Below, piece by piece: positions 47,887-58,200 of a stretch of DNA of 64,000 nucleotides (positions are counted from its first letter, which is position 1; the number at the start of each line of letters is the position of its first letter). The notes under the pieces are model-generated. The model was not told where the DNA came from. It did not search any database and was given only the letters and a program-made list of their open reading frames with translations. The translations under genes were made by a program, and so were the position numbers. Origin of the DNA: Camelus dromedarius (Eukaryota); the NCBI RefSeq assembly GCF_036321535.1, contig NC_087437.1:18168001-18232000 (forward strand). Reading direction: 5' to 3'.

Positions 47887-49947
47887 GAATTCAGCAAGGT
47901 AGCAGGTTACAAGATTAATGTTCAAAAATCAGTTGCATTTCTTTACACTAGTGATGAATCAACAGAAAAAGAAAGCAAAGAAACAATCCCCATTAAAATA
48001 GCACCCAAAGTAATAAAATACCTAGGAGTAAATCTAACCAAGGAGGTGAAAGACTTATACACGGAAAACTATAAAACACTGATTAAAGAAATTAAAGGCA
48101 GCTTTAAAATGAAAAGATATCCCATACTCCTGGATTGGAAGAATAAATATTATTAAAATGGCCATACTGCCCAAGGCAATCTACAGATTTAATGCAATCC
48201 CTATCAAATTACCCAGGACATATTTCACAGAACTAGAACAAATCATAATAAAATTTATATGGAATTACAAAAAACCTAGAATTGCCAAAACATTACTGAA
48301 GAAAAAGAAAGAGGCTGGAGGAATAACTCTCCCAGACTTCATAAAATACTAGAGCTACAGTAATCAAAACAGCATGGTATTGGCACAAAAACAGACATAT
48401 GGACCAATGGAACAGAATAAAGAGCCCAGAAATGAACCCACAAACTTTTGGTCAACTAATCTTCAACAAAGGAGGCAAGAATATACAATGGAATAAAGAC
48501 AGTCTCTTCAGCATATGGTGTTGGGAAAACTGGACAGCAGCATGTAAATCAATGAAGCTAGAACACTCCCTTACACCATACACAAAAAATAAACTCAACA
48601 TGGATCAAACTCTTAAACATAAGACAAGATACAACAAACCTCCTAGAAGAAAATATAGGCAAAACATTATCTGACATACATCTCAAAAATGTTCTCCTAG
48701 GGCAGTCTACCCAAGCAATAGAAATAAAAGCAAGAATAAACAAATGGGACCTAATTAAACTAACAAGCTTCTGCACAGCAAAGGAAACCAGAAGTAAAAC
48801 AAGACGACGACTTACAGAATGGGAGAAAATTTTTGCAAATGAAACAAAAGCTTGATCTCCAGAATATATAAGCAGCTCATATGACTTAATAAGAAAAAAA
48901 CAAACAACCCAATCCAAAAATGGGCAGAAGACCTAAACCATCAATTCTCCAAGGAAGAAGTACAAATGATCAATAGGCACATGAAAAAATGTTCAATATC
49001 ACTAATTATCAGAGAAATGCATATCAAAACTACAATGAGGTATCACCTCACACCAGTCAGAATGGCCATCATTCAAAAATCCACAAATGACAAATGCTTC
49101 AGAGGCTGTGGAGAAAAGGGAACCCTCCTACACTGCTGGTGGGAATTCAGTTTGCTGCAGCCACTGTGGAAAACAGTATGGAGATTCCTCAAAAGATTAA
49201 GAATAGACTTACAATATGACCCAGGAATCCTGCTCCTGGGCATATGTCCAGAAGGAACCCTACTCCAAAATGACACCTGCACCCCAATGTTCATAGCAGC
49301 ATTATTTACAATAGCCAAGACATGGGACATGGAAACAGCCTAAATGTCCGTCGACAGATGACTGGATAAAGAAGAAGTGGTATATTTATACAATGGAATA
49401 CTATTCAGCCATGAAAACCGACAACATAACACCATTTGCAGCAACATGGATGTTCCTGGAAAATGTCATTCTAAGTGAAATAAGCCAGAAAGAGAAAGAA
49501 AAGTACCATATAATATTGCTCATATGTGGAATCTAAAAAAAAAAACCCAAACAAATACAAAACAGAAACAGACTCATAGACATAGAATACAAACTTGTGG
49601 TTGCCAAGGGGGCAGGGGGTGGGAAGGGACAGACTGAGATTTCAAAGTGTAGAATAGATAAACAAGATTATACTGTATAGAACAGGAAAATATATACAAG
49701 ATTTTGCGGTAGCTCACAACAACAAAAAAAAAATGTGATGAATACATATATGTTCATGTACAACTGAAAAATTGTGCTCTACACTGGAATTTGATACAAC
49801 ATTGTAAAATGACTATAACGCAATAAAAAAAGTTTAAAAAAAAGAAAAGAAAAAAATGTTTAAAAAAAAGAACATGTATCAAGAGCAAAAATCTTCCACA
49901 GGAATTAAAATTTTTTATGTTTTCATAAAAAGAAAAAAAAAAAATAA
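47887..49947 (+). mobile_element. 5'-truncated, relatively young L1 (about 2.06 kb): frameshifted ORF2 3' part, 3' UTR, double poly-A
   Basis: ORF fragments [33 protein letters not shown] and [28 protein letters not shown] are L1 ORF2. Perfect 15-bp TSD aacagactcaaagcc at 47872-47886 and 49948-49962. Confidence 0.95.
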
Positions 49948-50389
49948 AACAGACTCAAAGCCTGTTGTGCTTCAATGCAACACTACAATGGGCCAAGTGA
50001 GAAGTAAGGCCCAAAGGAAAGGGGGAGGAGGGACCCCGGAAATTTGGAGCCAGAGCATTCCCTAGCGAGCTGTACAGAAGTGGGCCTGTTACAAACCTCT
50101 CTTGGCCCCAGCAGCCCCGTCAAGTAGACTGATACCTACCTCACATGGTTGTTGGGAGGATTAAAAATAATGTGTAAAGCATCTAGCACGTAGTACTAGT
50201 CTACAAAGAATAATTATTGTTATTCACAGATATGCAAATTATCATTTCTCAAAGAGGCAGGAGCCATTTTCCTACACACCAACTCCTCAGAACTTGCAGT
50301 GGGTATAAGTTATGAAATCTAGGATCGAAGTTAACAGGATTTTGCTATATGGTTTTGAGAAGGTTTAGGGTTGTCTCAAGAATCTCTAA

Positions 50390-50523
50390 CGAAAACGTAT
50401 ATATGTATGTTCACGTATGACTGAAGCAATGTGCTGTACACCAGAAATTGACACAACATTGTAAACTGACTATAAAAATTTTAAAAAAAAATCTTCAATA
50501 AAAAAAGTACAAAAAAAAAAAAA
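50390..50523 (+). mobile_element. Short L1 3' end
   Basis: tatgactgaagcaatgtgctgtacaccagaaattgacacaacattgtaaactgacta followed by a poly-A tail. Confidence 0.75.
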
Positions 50524-51159
50524 TCTTCCAAAAACACTAAGAAACAGTCCTATGACTCTTGCTCTCAATAAAAATTCCTTTAAAAAAAAAAATCTCTGGA
50601 AAATCTTTAAGAGAAAATCCCAAATCAGAGGCAGGTTCAGAGACTGGCTTTCCCACTTCCGTGTCCTCATGCAGTGGAGATACTAGCCAGGAATGCCAAA
50701 CAGACTCCCCATTGTTGCAACCCATTTGTGAGTTTGCATTAAAAGTGATAAACAACGTAACCACAATCCTGGCCCCCTGGAATAACCACGGGCATCTTCA
50801 GTGAGAAGGCGGCCATTATCTAAACTGCCTGGAATCCCTGCCTCAAATCTTTACAGAAAGACACAAACTCACATTGGATCACCCGGGAATGCTGACTTTG
50901 TTTGCTAAAGCCACACCAAAGGCATCCCTGAATGAGGGAATTGACAGGACACCTGTCTCTGCATTGAAACCTAATTAGAAGCAAGACCAGCCCCTACTAT
51001 TCTCTCAGGAATCTTCAGTTTCTAAACTGTTTAGTCCTTTATGATTCAGTCATTTCCATGGCAGGGAGACTCCATCCTTGTTTCTTCTAGTGACCTTCCA
51101 TCCACAGCACAGCAGGGATACTCACGGAACGAGCTGCCTCCCAGAGAGGTTTGCTGGGG

Positions 51160-51233
51160 TGGAAGGACTTGACGGGAATTGAAAATGCATCCCCACTGGA
51201 AGGACTTGACAGGAACTGAAAATGCATCCCCAT
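51160..51233 (+). repeat. 37-bp tandem duplication (2 copies)
   Basis: tggaaggacttgacgggaattgaaaatgcatccccac / tggaaggacttgacaggaactgaaaatgcatccccat, 34 of 37 identical. Confidence 0.9.
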
Positions 51234-51371
51234 GACACCAAAAAGAATTCTTCCTCACCTCCTGTCCCTGATGCTGTGAATTCTACTCTGGTAGCAGAGT
51301 GTCAGGCAGGCAGCATCCCAAATTCTTTCATGAAAGGACCTCTTTAAAAAGAGGGTAATTAATATGTGGAA

Positions 51372-51477
51372 GGGGAGGGCATAGCTCAGTGGTAGAGTGT
51401 GTGCTTAGCATGCATGAGATCCTGGGTTCAATCCCCAATACTCCCATTAAAATTTTTTTCATAAAATTTTTAAAAAA
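51372..51477 (+). mobile_element. tRNA-derived SINE (Vic-1-like)
   Basis: ggggagggcatagctcagtggtagagtgtgtgcttagcatgcatgagatcctgggttcaatccccaatactccc. Confidence 0.88.
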
Positions 51478-51941
51478 CTTATACAACTAGAAAAGAGGGC
51501 AACAGTGGGGATGGCTGCACAACATTGTGAATATACTAAAAACTACTGAGTTGTACACTTTAAAGTGGTGACCATTATGTTACACGAATTTTATCTCAAA
51601 AATAACTTTTTAAACATAAAAAAAGAAAACAAGAGAAACTCGGCCTTGGGAAGCCTGAAGGGGCCATCTCAATCCCAGCTCTAGGTAGGGAGTCTTGTGC
51701 ACGTTGCATTCTGCTTCATAATATATCTGTATTTGTTGTAATGTTTTAAGGGTTAAAGTTATTTACCAGTTAAAATGCTTAACGTTTATCCCCTCAGATA
51801 GTTAAATAAAATTGATACCCCACAAAGATGCGCCTTACTTTCCTGGGGGTTTGGAGAACCCTGTGGCAACACCATCGCATGAGGGCTTGAGAAGCGTCAG
51901 AAGCCAACCAGGCTTACCAGGGTGTGCTCCCGGTGTGGTCC

Positions 51942-52395
51942 TGGGTGTGGTCCCAGCGCCGAGTTGCCTGGCACTCTAGGAAACAAGGAAATTCTTCCTG
52001 CCTTCAAGCCATCAGCCACCATAGCCGCGCCCAATGTGGTGCTTTGTGACAGGAATTCTGGATGGAGAAAAATAGGATACTGGCCTTAGATAATTAAGAT
52101 GCAAATCTGAGAAATGATTTCAATGAGCCCAGATTCTTGCATCTTCAAAAAGCACTAAAATCATTAACTTGAGATGTCTTTTTTGTGTGTGACTAGCAAA
52201 AATCTTTTGATGTTCAAACACGTGTTTTTTTTTCAACAAGAAAACTTCCATATAGCCTGGCTCCTCCCTTACCTCTCTGGAACTGTTCCTCTGACATGTG
52301 TGAGAGGCTGCCTTACCAGACTATAGTCCTCAGTAAGGTCCCCGAGAAGAACGTAACCTGCAACTTTTAGACTGTGCATTTTTCTTCAGTCCACA
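51942..52395 (+). mobile_element. ERV solo LTR, same family as 47301-47875
   Basis: Shared blocks tcaagccatcagcc, aatgatttcaatgagcccaga, aatcttttgatgttc, cccttacctctctggaa and caactttta; ends ttcagtccACA. Possible TSD gtcc/gtcc; the 5' boundary is approximate. Confidence 0.75.
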
Positions 52396-52510
52396 GTCCC
52401 AACGTGTGATTCCAGGTTGGAGATCCTTACTGTGGACTTTAGTTGCATCAAGTCTCTCAGGACATTCATTTCTTCCTCTGTTGTTGCGGGAAAATGTGCT
52501 ACAGCTCAGT

Positions 52511-53032
52511 TGTGACAGCATCCTGGATCCAGGTGAGAGACCAAGCAGGACGCGGACACCAACCGGCCCAGAAAAGTTAACACTTCAAGCTCTGAACCCT
52601 GTCTGTAGGTTTATACAGGCCTTTTATAGGCTGCCAGTTTTACACTTTGCAACATCGTATGCAAATAAAGTACAACAGAAGTTGACCAACCAGGAACAAG
52701 CTTTGTAGAAATAAACCAATCAGGAGTGCATTCCATGCAAATGAAGTACTACAAATGGACAAATCAGAAGTTAGGGAAGTGGACCAATCAGAAGTGAGAG
52801 TAATAACCAATCAGAAGTGAAAGTAATAACCAATCAGAAGTCAGAGTAATAACCAATCAGGAGTGAAGGAGAGTGAGCTCAGGGAACCAATAGAATTCTA
52901 GGTGTAAGTTAGCCGCTTTAGAGGCAAAAAGTGAGATAGAGCCTCTGGGCCAGGGAATCGGACGGTGCGAAGAGGAGAGCAGCAGCCTTGCATAGGGGTC
53001 CTGCTGGTCTTTTTATGGGGCTTCCCGCCTCA
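52511..53032 (-). mobile_element. Solo LTR with a tandem CCAAT array
   Basis: TG...CA termini with a cagt/ctgt 4-bp flank, minus-strand TATAAAA at 52622-52628, and 23-bp CCAAT repeats at 52781-52866. Confidence 0.65.
52757..52866. repeat. 23-bp tandem repeat (aaccaatcagaagtgagagtaat-like)
   Basis: CCAAT at 52784, 52807, 52830 and 52853 (exact 23-nt period), plus a degenerate unit starting at 52757. Confidence 0.9.
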
Positions 53033-54779
53033 CTGTTAAGTTAGGAATCCAGCATCTACTGTACCATGAAACACACCTAAATTTTTTTAAAAATATATTT
53101 TATGTCACAAGAATAATTGGCAAAAGACAAAACAATAACACCCACAACAGCCCCCAAAACACCACGTACACAGACATTCATGCTCACTAGGTGGTATCTC
53201 CAGCTTTGAGAGCTTATCCAAGGCAGGAGGCCTCCCTCAGGTAAGCAAAGAGCAAACATTTAGTGGAAGGTTTCCAGGTGAAGCAAGAAAGTAAAGCTCC
53301 TCCATCCAAGAATAGAGCCCTGTTGAGGCCAAGGTCAGGGCAGACTCCGCAAGATGGGAGAAACGCCCTGTCCTCAGTGCAGATTCAGGCTGTATGTCAA
53401 GAACAAAATAAATGTTTCTTTTTGTGACAGTATTTCCTTTCATTGATCCACTGGTAAAAGAAGTGACTACCCCAAATGGAAGACGTAAGTCAGAGGACCC
53501 ACATCTACCCTCACTCACCAAACAAGAACTCACCACGGCCTATCGTCTCCTCCCGTGTCCGTGTGCAGAGGACCAGGGCTCAGCTCTACACGTGCACCTG
53601 GAGATGTGGGCACCTGAGTGAGGAGACGAGCAGGAGCAATACACGCTTGACCTGGGCAGGAAAGGGGCCCCAGGCCTCATGGGGGTCTGCTCTTTCAAGT
53701 GCCTTCTTGGAAATTTCCAGAGTCCCCCTCCAGGCCCTAGAACTGGCTGAGGCCAGCAGTGCCGACTGAGAAGGCACCTCAAGCACAGACTGGGACACAG
53801 AACTCAGTACCTGTTTCTTCCTTTCTCAGCACTGATTCTCCACTCTGAATGTGGGATTGCTCAGATGCCCCAAAGAGCTCTGGGACACATGCCTACGTGC
53901 CACCAGTTTCAGTGGCTGAGCCAGTAAACCCCTCTTCTTATTTAGTACAATATTTCTCTGGAAGATCATCCAAGATTGGGCCCCTATATAAAAGTAAAAT
54001 TAAATTAAAAAGCAAGGACACAAATGAACTACTTATTACTTATAACTTAGATGACTGATTTATTGAATATGTGTAAGTACATTTCACTGTCCTTTACAAT
54101 TGGATTACCTCATTCTGTTCATTCTTATTTTGTGGTTGGCTTTATTCCTTTAATAACTATATAAGTTTAAAAAGCTAAAGCTCTAAACTGTTCTTAGAAA
54201 CAATGATCAGTACACATATGTAAACTAAAAAAATATGTGCTGTATATTATTTACAGGTATTTACATGCAATATAATGTATATGTGCAGTCAAACTGTAAT
54301 AATTCTGCCTAATAAAATTGAAAAAAGGGGGGAAAGATTGGGCCCCTAAAATGGTGTTAACACGCTGATTTGGGGTGACACGTTTTTCCCAGAATTAGTT
54401 CAGGGCTCATGCATCAGTCCTCATCCCTCCACATTCTACCTACGCCATCAGGGAGCAGCAGGTGTGGACGCTACGTTTTCTCCTGCTGCTGGCACCCAGA
54501 GAAGCCTCTCAGGCCCTCACAGGATCCATGCCAAGTGTCCAGCAGTCCTCGAGGTGTCTCACCTACATCCCCCGGGGCCTCTTGAAACTGTTACTTTGCA
54601 GCACTGGCGAGTCCTTTAATGGACATCCTCTCTTGCCGCCAATTGATGTGGCAACATTGTCCTCCCCAGGGCCAGTCCTTAGCCACCACAGAGGACAGAG
54701 GGACATGCCTTGCAGAATACCATGCTCTTCTCACGCCACTCCCAGCCTCCCTGCAGGCAAAAGTGTGTCAATATTGAAA

Positions 54780-55225
54780 TGTTACCAAACGCAAGTTCAT
54801 GTGCCCAGCACACAATAAGGCCAAACAAACCGAAACATCGGAGTTTGGAGCAGGTTTATTGCAGGGCCAAGCAAAGAGAGCAGGTGGCTCATGCCCCCCC
54901 AAAAACCCCGAACTTCCTGAAGGGTTTCAGCTGAGCATTTTTAAAGGCTGGCTGAGGGAGGGGCATCCCAGGGTTTGATCAGCTGTGCACAATTCTCTGA
55001 TTGGTTGACAGTGATGGTGAGCAGCCCTTAGACACTAGAAAGTCTGGGGGCTACATTGCCCTTGGTCATCAAGTAATTAATTTCTTCCATTTGGTGGTGG
55101 TTTTTAAAAACTCAGGAACTAGAAATGAGATACTATTACCTGGGTACTTCACAGAGGAGCTACAGCAGAGGACATAGGGGAGGGGTCTGTCCTGGGAAGG
55201 CCCCATAAAGTCCTGCTTGGTTACA
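54780..55225 (-). mobile_element. ERV solo LTR
   Basis: Termini TGTTACC...GGTTACA, flanks gaaa/gaga, minus-strand AATAAA at 54855-54860, CCAAT box (ctgattggttg) near 55000. Confidence 0.7.
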
Positions 55226-58200
55226 GAGAGAGACCACATTCTAGGAAGGCAGTGACTAAAGCCTAAAAATTTCAAGAGGAGACATGATCGGAAGATGGGT
55301 TCTACCTTCATGTTATAAAATTCCAAATGGTAAAGGTAACAAGACCAGAAAGTTAATCTTTCTCATTTTCCTGTATACTGCAAATGAGATCTGTATTTGT
55401 GCTCACCAACAACGAGGCACCACAGCATTGGAGAGGGTCATTGGACACCAGGACTCACAGGTGTCATGAGGCAGATGCAGCCTCGTAAACAACGATGTCA
55501 CCAGCTTTAAATAACAGGGATCAGGGAATTGCAGGGACAAGCAGATCTATTTTGTTTCAGTACAAACAACCACAGCAATGGGGGCAATAACATTACCACA
55601 TTTCCTCATAATGAGGGGTATGAAATTAGCCAGGAATGGTGCATTTGACAGTGAAGAACATGAAGAGATAATTCCTGGACCTGAACAGGGTGTGATGTCT
55701 ACAGTCTTCCCATGCACCAACTGGACAATAAACAAATCCGTAAGTGCTTCTTCTCCACCCTTTTTTCTCTATTGCCAACAATCAATCACTCTATCACACG
55801 AGCCCATGGATTTTAAATTCTTCAAAATTAACTTAATTTAAATTTTAAGTTAATTGCAATTATTTGTCTTAGTCAAAATGGTTTATATAGACAATTTTAT
55901 GAAAAATATTTGCTCAGGGCCCTGCACACCCTAGAGGGTCCCTGGGCAGGGGCGCATCTTTCTGAGGTAGAGGAATAGGGTTCGTGGGAAAGATGAGCAG
56001 AAACATGCTTGAGAAAGTAGCTTCAAACCTGAAGACAGGAGAACCTGGTTATGAGTGGGGGCCTTTGTCCCCTTCAAGTAATCTTCGTTAGCCCCCTAAG
56101 AGCCTCCCCAAATACAATAAAATAAAATTTTTTAAAGAAAAATGAGCAGACTAAAGTTTTAAAAACTTTAGGCTAATATCAACAGGAAGTATAGCAAGGT
56201 AGTGAAAAACAGTAGTTGCTAAAGCAAATTGCCCTGCGTTCAAACCCTACCTCTACCATGTGCAGTCACGTGACCTTGAACCTATCCGAACCTCAGTACT
56301 CCATTCCTGTAAAATGGGGGGATAACAGTATCCCACACCAAGGTACTTACCGCACAATACGTGTTCCATCAGTGTCAGCTGCTCTTATTTGCGGGGTGAA
56401 CTAGCCAATCACATGCAGAAAAAAAAAAAAATCCTGGATCAGCTTCCATAAAACCAGTAAATTATCCCATTTACCTTTATATTTAGAATACTTTGATTTT
56501 TTTAAGTTTTTTTTTTTAAGTTATAAATCCTCCAGTTTAAAATCATACTCTATCTTAATAAAGATACACAAAAAGCAAATGAGTCCAGACTTAGAAATGC
56601 TGTGGTGAAATGGTAGAATTGCAGCAATAAAGAGAACATCTTAAACTTAAATCCAGAAAAAATGCAGATTGACTGCAAGGTGATGGCATCTGGAGTAATA
56701 ACAGACTTTTCTGGGACACAGTGGAATCACATCTTTAACGTCATGATTGAAAACAGTCATCATCCTAGTATTCTATACCTAAATATTCTATCATTTAAGA
56801 ATGAGAGTCAAATCTTTTTATTTTTTTATTTTCATTGACTCTAATGCCTTGGCCCCCCAGTCAGAGCATCACCTTAAACCCCTTCTACAGGGAAACTGGC
56901 ACCCACCTATGTGACTAAAGAATTGAGAATGCCTCAATCCACAATCTGGAATGAGAGAAATATACATGTTTATGAGATATTAAATCCAAATACATCTGCC
57001 ACCTAGACTACAGTAGCTGATGAGTAGAAATGATGTGATATTTTATACACGGTCACACCCCAAATATTGATGCTCCAAGCCCCTATGCCCTTGATTAAGA
57101 AGTCCCATTCTTTGCTTCAATAATCCCCCTAAACTTTTCAGATATCTCAGAATTTACATATGAAACCCAAATATACCTAAATCTACCCATCTGTGGGTCC
57201 TAGGTAAGGTCCTGTCCTTCCTGAAGGGCCCAGATTACCCCACAAACACACAGAACCTCTGCCTGCACCCCCTCAGCTCTCGCCCTCCCTGTGCTCCCTG
57301 ACCTGCCACCCTCTGCCAGGCTCCCTGGTGTACTCATCCCTTCCCCTCTGGAGTCCAGACTACCATTTTCTGGCTTATTCCAGGCCACCCCCAAACCACT
57401 GTCTCCTACAGATCTACAGCACATCACCTGCCTCAAACCTCAGCTGCTCTGTTCTCTCTCCCCCCATACTGGGGCTGCCTTCCCTTCTGAGACCCAGTTC
57501 TCTCTCACTGCTTTGTGGGCTCCAAGTGATACAGCTGTGAGCCCCATGGTTCCCAAAGGGCTTTTTCAAAAGTCATTTTGTTTCTGCTATACATTAACCA
57601 CAAAAGAACTAATTCCAAAGCAAAAAAAAAAAAAAAAAAAAAAAAAAAGACAATTATGTTAAAAATGGCTCAGAACCATGAAATAGATGCTGATTATAAA
57701 TATAGGCTTTAGGCATTATAAAATGAGGCAGCTCTAAATTTTCAAAGAACAAAGAGAAAGCAAGAGAATTTTTTAAATATCAAAAGGACTTTCAGGTTAT
57801 AATTAGTAAATTGACTAACCTTTTTAAAGGTAAGAGTGAATTTCGAAAGCCTAAGGCATTCATGGAATTATAGAATACTGTAAGTCTAGAAGACCGTCTC
57901 TGCCAAAATCCTCACTTCATAGGTGAGAAAACAAAAGGTTATGTGACTTTCCCAAAGTCTCAGAACAGGTCTGTGGCTGTCAAGATATGAAGAAGGGCTC
58001 CTAGCTCTCTTTCCACTCAGTCTACAATAGAAGCCATGCTCACAAATGGGTGACAATCCCCAGAATTACATGGATAAATATATATTGGTGGTGGTGATGG
58101 TGGTGGAGGACGTGGTGGTGATGGTGGTATGCATATGTGCTGGAAAGTTGAGAATTAGGAGACAGTTCAAGGGCAGCTCCAAGACACGTCAGCCAAGGCT

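Noticed and set aside
48158..49343. L1 ORF2 fragments as a functional reverse transcriptase or a host gene
   Set aside because: The element is 5'-truncated and broken by frameshifts and stops, so it is a dead copy.
47301..52395. Two related LTRs as the ends of one provirus
   Set aside because: They have different flanking duplications and substantial divergence. The interval holds L1, MIR, SINE and unique DNA, with no primer-binding site or gag/pol remnants that I could see.
52757..52866. 23-bp periodic array as a CRISPR array
   Set aside because: The units are head-to-tail with no unique spacers, there are no cas genes, and the array lies in an LTR-like element in mammalian DNA.
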